Below are positions 62,079-64,000 of a stretch of DNA of 64,000 bases, one piece after another (the first letter of the stretch is position 1; each line of letters opens with the position of its first letter). The notes under the pieces were generated by a model, which was not told the origin of the DNA, did no database searches, and was given only the letters and a program-made list of their open reading frames with translations. Source of the DNA: Squalus acanthias (lineage: Eukaryota); NCBI GenBank assembly GCA_030390025.1, contig CM059432.1:140556001-140620000 (forward strand). The letters are read 5' to 3'. A program made the position numbers and the translations under genes.

Positions 62079-62914
62079 GCTTCTGGTATATGCCTCAGTT
62101 GAGGAAGCGCTCAGTCAAGGTGGCGAGAGGGGTTTCCCAGGAGGTCACACTGGAGATGGGTGTTAGGCTCCAAACTTCCACAACAATGGGTATGCCTGCT
62201 AAAAGTTCCCCAGACCTGAGACAACAAAGTTCGGCCACCTGCAAATGAAGATTGCTGAAAACTCCTTTTTAATGGTGGAGCTGCAGCTGTTAGTAAGCAA
62301 TCCACTTGTGAGGCCGCCAGGTTTCACTGGCGTGTTCCAGAGGAGACGTGCAGGACGTGGGAAAAGTGGTAAAATCAGAAAGGCCTCTCAAAATGGGATT
62401 ATAGAGGCAATTAACTGGTTGTTAAGGGCCTTAAGGGCCTATCCCGCCTCTTGGAGGCGGGATGGAAACGGGGTCAGAAAACACACATTTGGGAAAATTG
62501 CTCGGCAGCGGGATGGAGGCGGGATCGGGCCCGCCCGTCATTTTTTGCGATTTTACCACCTCACACGCCTCCAATCCCGCCTCCTCGGTCCTGGCAAAAT
62601 CGAGCCCTGTGCCTCTATTTATGAAGCCCAGTATCCCGTATGCTTTTTTAACCGCTTTCACAACCTGCAATGATTTGTGCACACATACCCCCAGGTCTCT
62701 CTCTTCATGCATCTCCTGTAGGATTGTACTCTAGTTTATAATTGCCTCTCCTCGTTCTTCCTACCAAAATGTATCACTTCGCTCTTTTCTGCGTTAAATT
62801 TCATCTGCCACTACTTCCCCATGGTGGCAAAGGATGTAGATTCCAGGAAGCTGCATCAAGGTTAATTGCCAGTGTTCGAGTTTCTGAGTGTTATAGAGCA
62901 TGGTTGATGTGGTT

Positions 62915-63300
62915 GAGGTTGAAGATCAACCATGACCTTATTGAATGGTGGAGCCGGCTCAAGGGGCCGTATGGCCTACTCCTGCTCCTATTTCTTATGT
63001 TCTTACTTCATTGACTGTAAAGCGGTGGTCGTGAAAGGCGCTATATAAATGCAAGTCTTTTCTTTTTCTTTCTATGTTTATTCAGTAAATCGGAAGATAG
63101 GCGTACTCCAAAGATTCCCAATTATTTGTTCTTCAATTCTTTGCTTGTCCTCTCCCCTTTTGAATGTGGAAACCTTTGTCCCAATGAACGGAGAAAGAAA
63201 ACAGGGAACTACAGGGCAGTTAGCCTGACATCAGTCGTTGGGAAAATGCTGGAATCCATTATTGTAAGGTAGTGTTAACAGGGCACTTAGAAAAACATAT
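62915..63300 (+). mobile_element. Short CR1 tail, SINE tail and CR1 RT fragments
   Basis: CR1 tail 62915-63000, SINE tail 63003-63070, GNYRAVSLTSVVGKMLES 63190-63300. Confidence 0.75.
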
Positions 63301-63301
63301 T

Positions 63302-64000
63302 GGGCTGTATTTTGCGACCCCCTACGGGTGTGTACGAGGTGTGTACGCGCCCGTAGGGGCCGCGCAAGTGCCGGGTTTAGGCAGGTGAAGCACATGCGCT
63401 AAAACCCGACACTTGCGATCTTTCAAGAATCCTCTTGACAGATTCTCTGCATCCCCGGGAGATGGACCTCCGCGGGGGGAGAGTTGCGCTATTTGCCCAA
63501 CTTCCGCCCGCTGAAAGGCCGTGGAATTCTTACGCCTGGTAAAAGCAGGCATAAGGCCTGCTTCTACCAGCATAAAAATTTGTAAAAAATAGAAAAATAA
63601 AATTTTATCACTCACTTATACATTAAAAACCCTGTCCAATAAGGTAAGTTTATTTTTAGGCCTGTTAAAACATAGTAAAAAAAAATTCAAAAAATTAAAT
63701 TAAATGCCATTTTAATTAATTTTATATATGTAATGTTTAAAAAAAATGTATTTCATGTGTTCGTGTATTTTTTAAGTCATCCCCATTCATACTTATGACA
63801 GTCCCGTACGTACGGAACTCCCATAAGTATGAATGGGGATTCCCTTCTTTCATTGGTTGGGCTGGCCCACGTGATCCCAGGGGCGCTTGCGAACTGCCTA
63901 CGCCCCAGGAATACGTGGGCCCTGCGCATTTCTACCAGGAGAGGCCCAGGATCACAAGCCTCCGTATCTCCCGGACCACCAGGTAAATGCGTAGAAAATT
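63302..64000. mobile_element. Harbinger-type MITE, runs off the window
   Basis: Starts GGGCTGTATTTT directly after a CR1 fragment; GC-rich subterminus, AT-rich core. Confidence 0.65.

Larger units (their letters stand above)
59925..62607. mobile_element. PIF/Harbinger transposon 2, both ends intact, transposase internally deleted
   Basis: 16-bp perfect TIR GGGCTCGATTTTGCCA...TGGCAAAATCGAGCCC, flanks TAT/TGT. Confidence 0.93.
59535..62810 (-). mobile_element. CR1 fragment split by Harbinger 2
   Basis: GILGFINRG | IEYESKEVMMNLYKTLVRP continuous across the insert. Confidence 0.88.

Overview
Repeat-dense vertebrate DNA, almost certainly from a shark or other cartilaginous fish. It carries an HE1-type V-SINE, HER1/CR1 LINEs and many SacSINE1-like tRNA/Deu-domain SINEs. 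No host protein-coding gene can be identified with confidence; most long, recognisable ORFs are transposon-derived, and the rest are mostly low-complexity repeat frames. Contents: (i) CR1, L2, RTE, Vingi-like and a single-ORF CR1-group LINE; (ii) a Penelope-like element (RT C-terminus + GIY-YIG) and small TSD-flanked Penelope-type inserts from two families, each with a minimal hammerhead-ribozyme motif; (iii) two decayed, mutually complementary PIF/Harbinger transposons plus many Harbinger-type MITEs with 3-bp TSDs; (iv) solo LTRs with 4- and 5-bp TSDs; (v) G/C-rich minisatellites. Most interesting: a possible conserved third reading frame overlapping the 5' end of the Harbinger transposase, palindromic hammerhead-bearing mini-elements, MITEs landing on the hammerhead cleavage triplet, a LINE with a tRNA-like head and no ORF1, and a twin-primed RTE. 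Family names come from motif recognition by eye, not database searches.
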